Shown: positions 63,904-64,000 of the stretch, one piece after another
Position numbering within the stretch: position 1 is the first letter of the stretch
Layout: each line of letters begins with the position of its first letter
DNA from: Eledone cirrhosa
Taxonomy: Eukaryota
Length of the DNA: 64,000 bases
Direction of reading: 5' to 3'
NCBI GenBank assembly: GCA_964016885.1
Contig: OZ024758.1
Coordinates: 19,964,001-20,028,000, forward strand
Notes under the pieces: generated by a model
Database searches by the model: none
The model's input: the letters and a program-made list of their open reading frames with translations, nothing else
What the model was told of the DNA's origin: nothing
Translations under genes and position numbers: made by a program

Positions 63904-64000
63904 GTAAGATGTGGTGTTTCTGCTGACAACAAACGGTTTTTCTGTTAGTAAAATCCTGACGATAGAATGATTATGCCCATAGTGCAATGCCAATTCGCTA

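Overview
This window looks like very AT-rich animal non-coding DNA, most likely octopus/coleoid judging from the SINE types and microsatellite load (inference). It is not prokaryotic. I cannot call any host protein-coding gene with confidence, and nearly all long entries in the ORF track are translations of (TA)n/(CA)n microsatellites. The supportable content is: (1) long interrupted (TA)n tracts, up to about 4.2 kb; (2) over 20 copies of one tRNA-headed SINE plus four CORE-type SINEs; (3) retroelement relics, namely a Penelope-like element (PLE; RT at 12-14.3 kb, GIY-YIG endonuclease and 3' end at 49.9-50.9 kb, Naiad-like), RTE-type LINE pieces (one with a twin-priming inversion) and an R4/Dong-like element in (TAA)n; (4) mariner/Tc1/piggyBac relics and MITEs. 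The most striking pattern is a set of at least eight unrelated short (100-700 bp) families that all sit in (TA)n. They share one architecture: an inverted partial copy, then a long arm, then a family-specific tail. Several carry a type-I hammerhead ribozyme (HHR) fold that I could pair by hand, and where a tail is present the long-arm HHR points toward it. These are best read as PLE-derived pLTR/retrozyme-like elements. All family assignments come from visual motif recognition, with no database search, and repeat boundaries are approximate.
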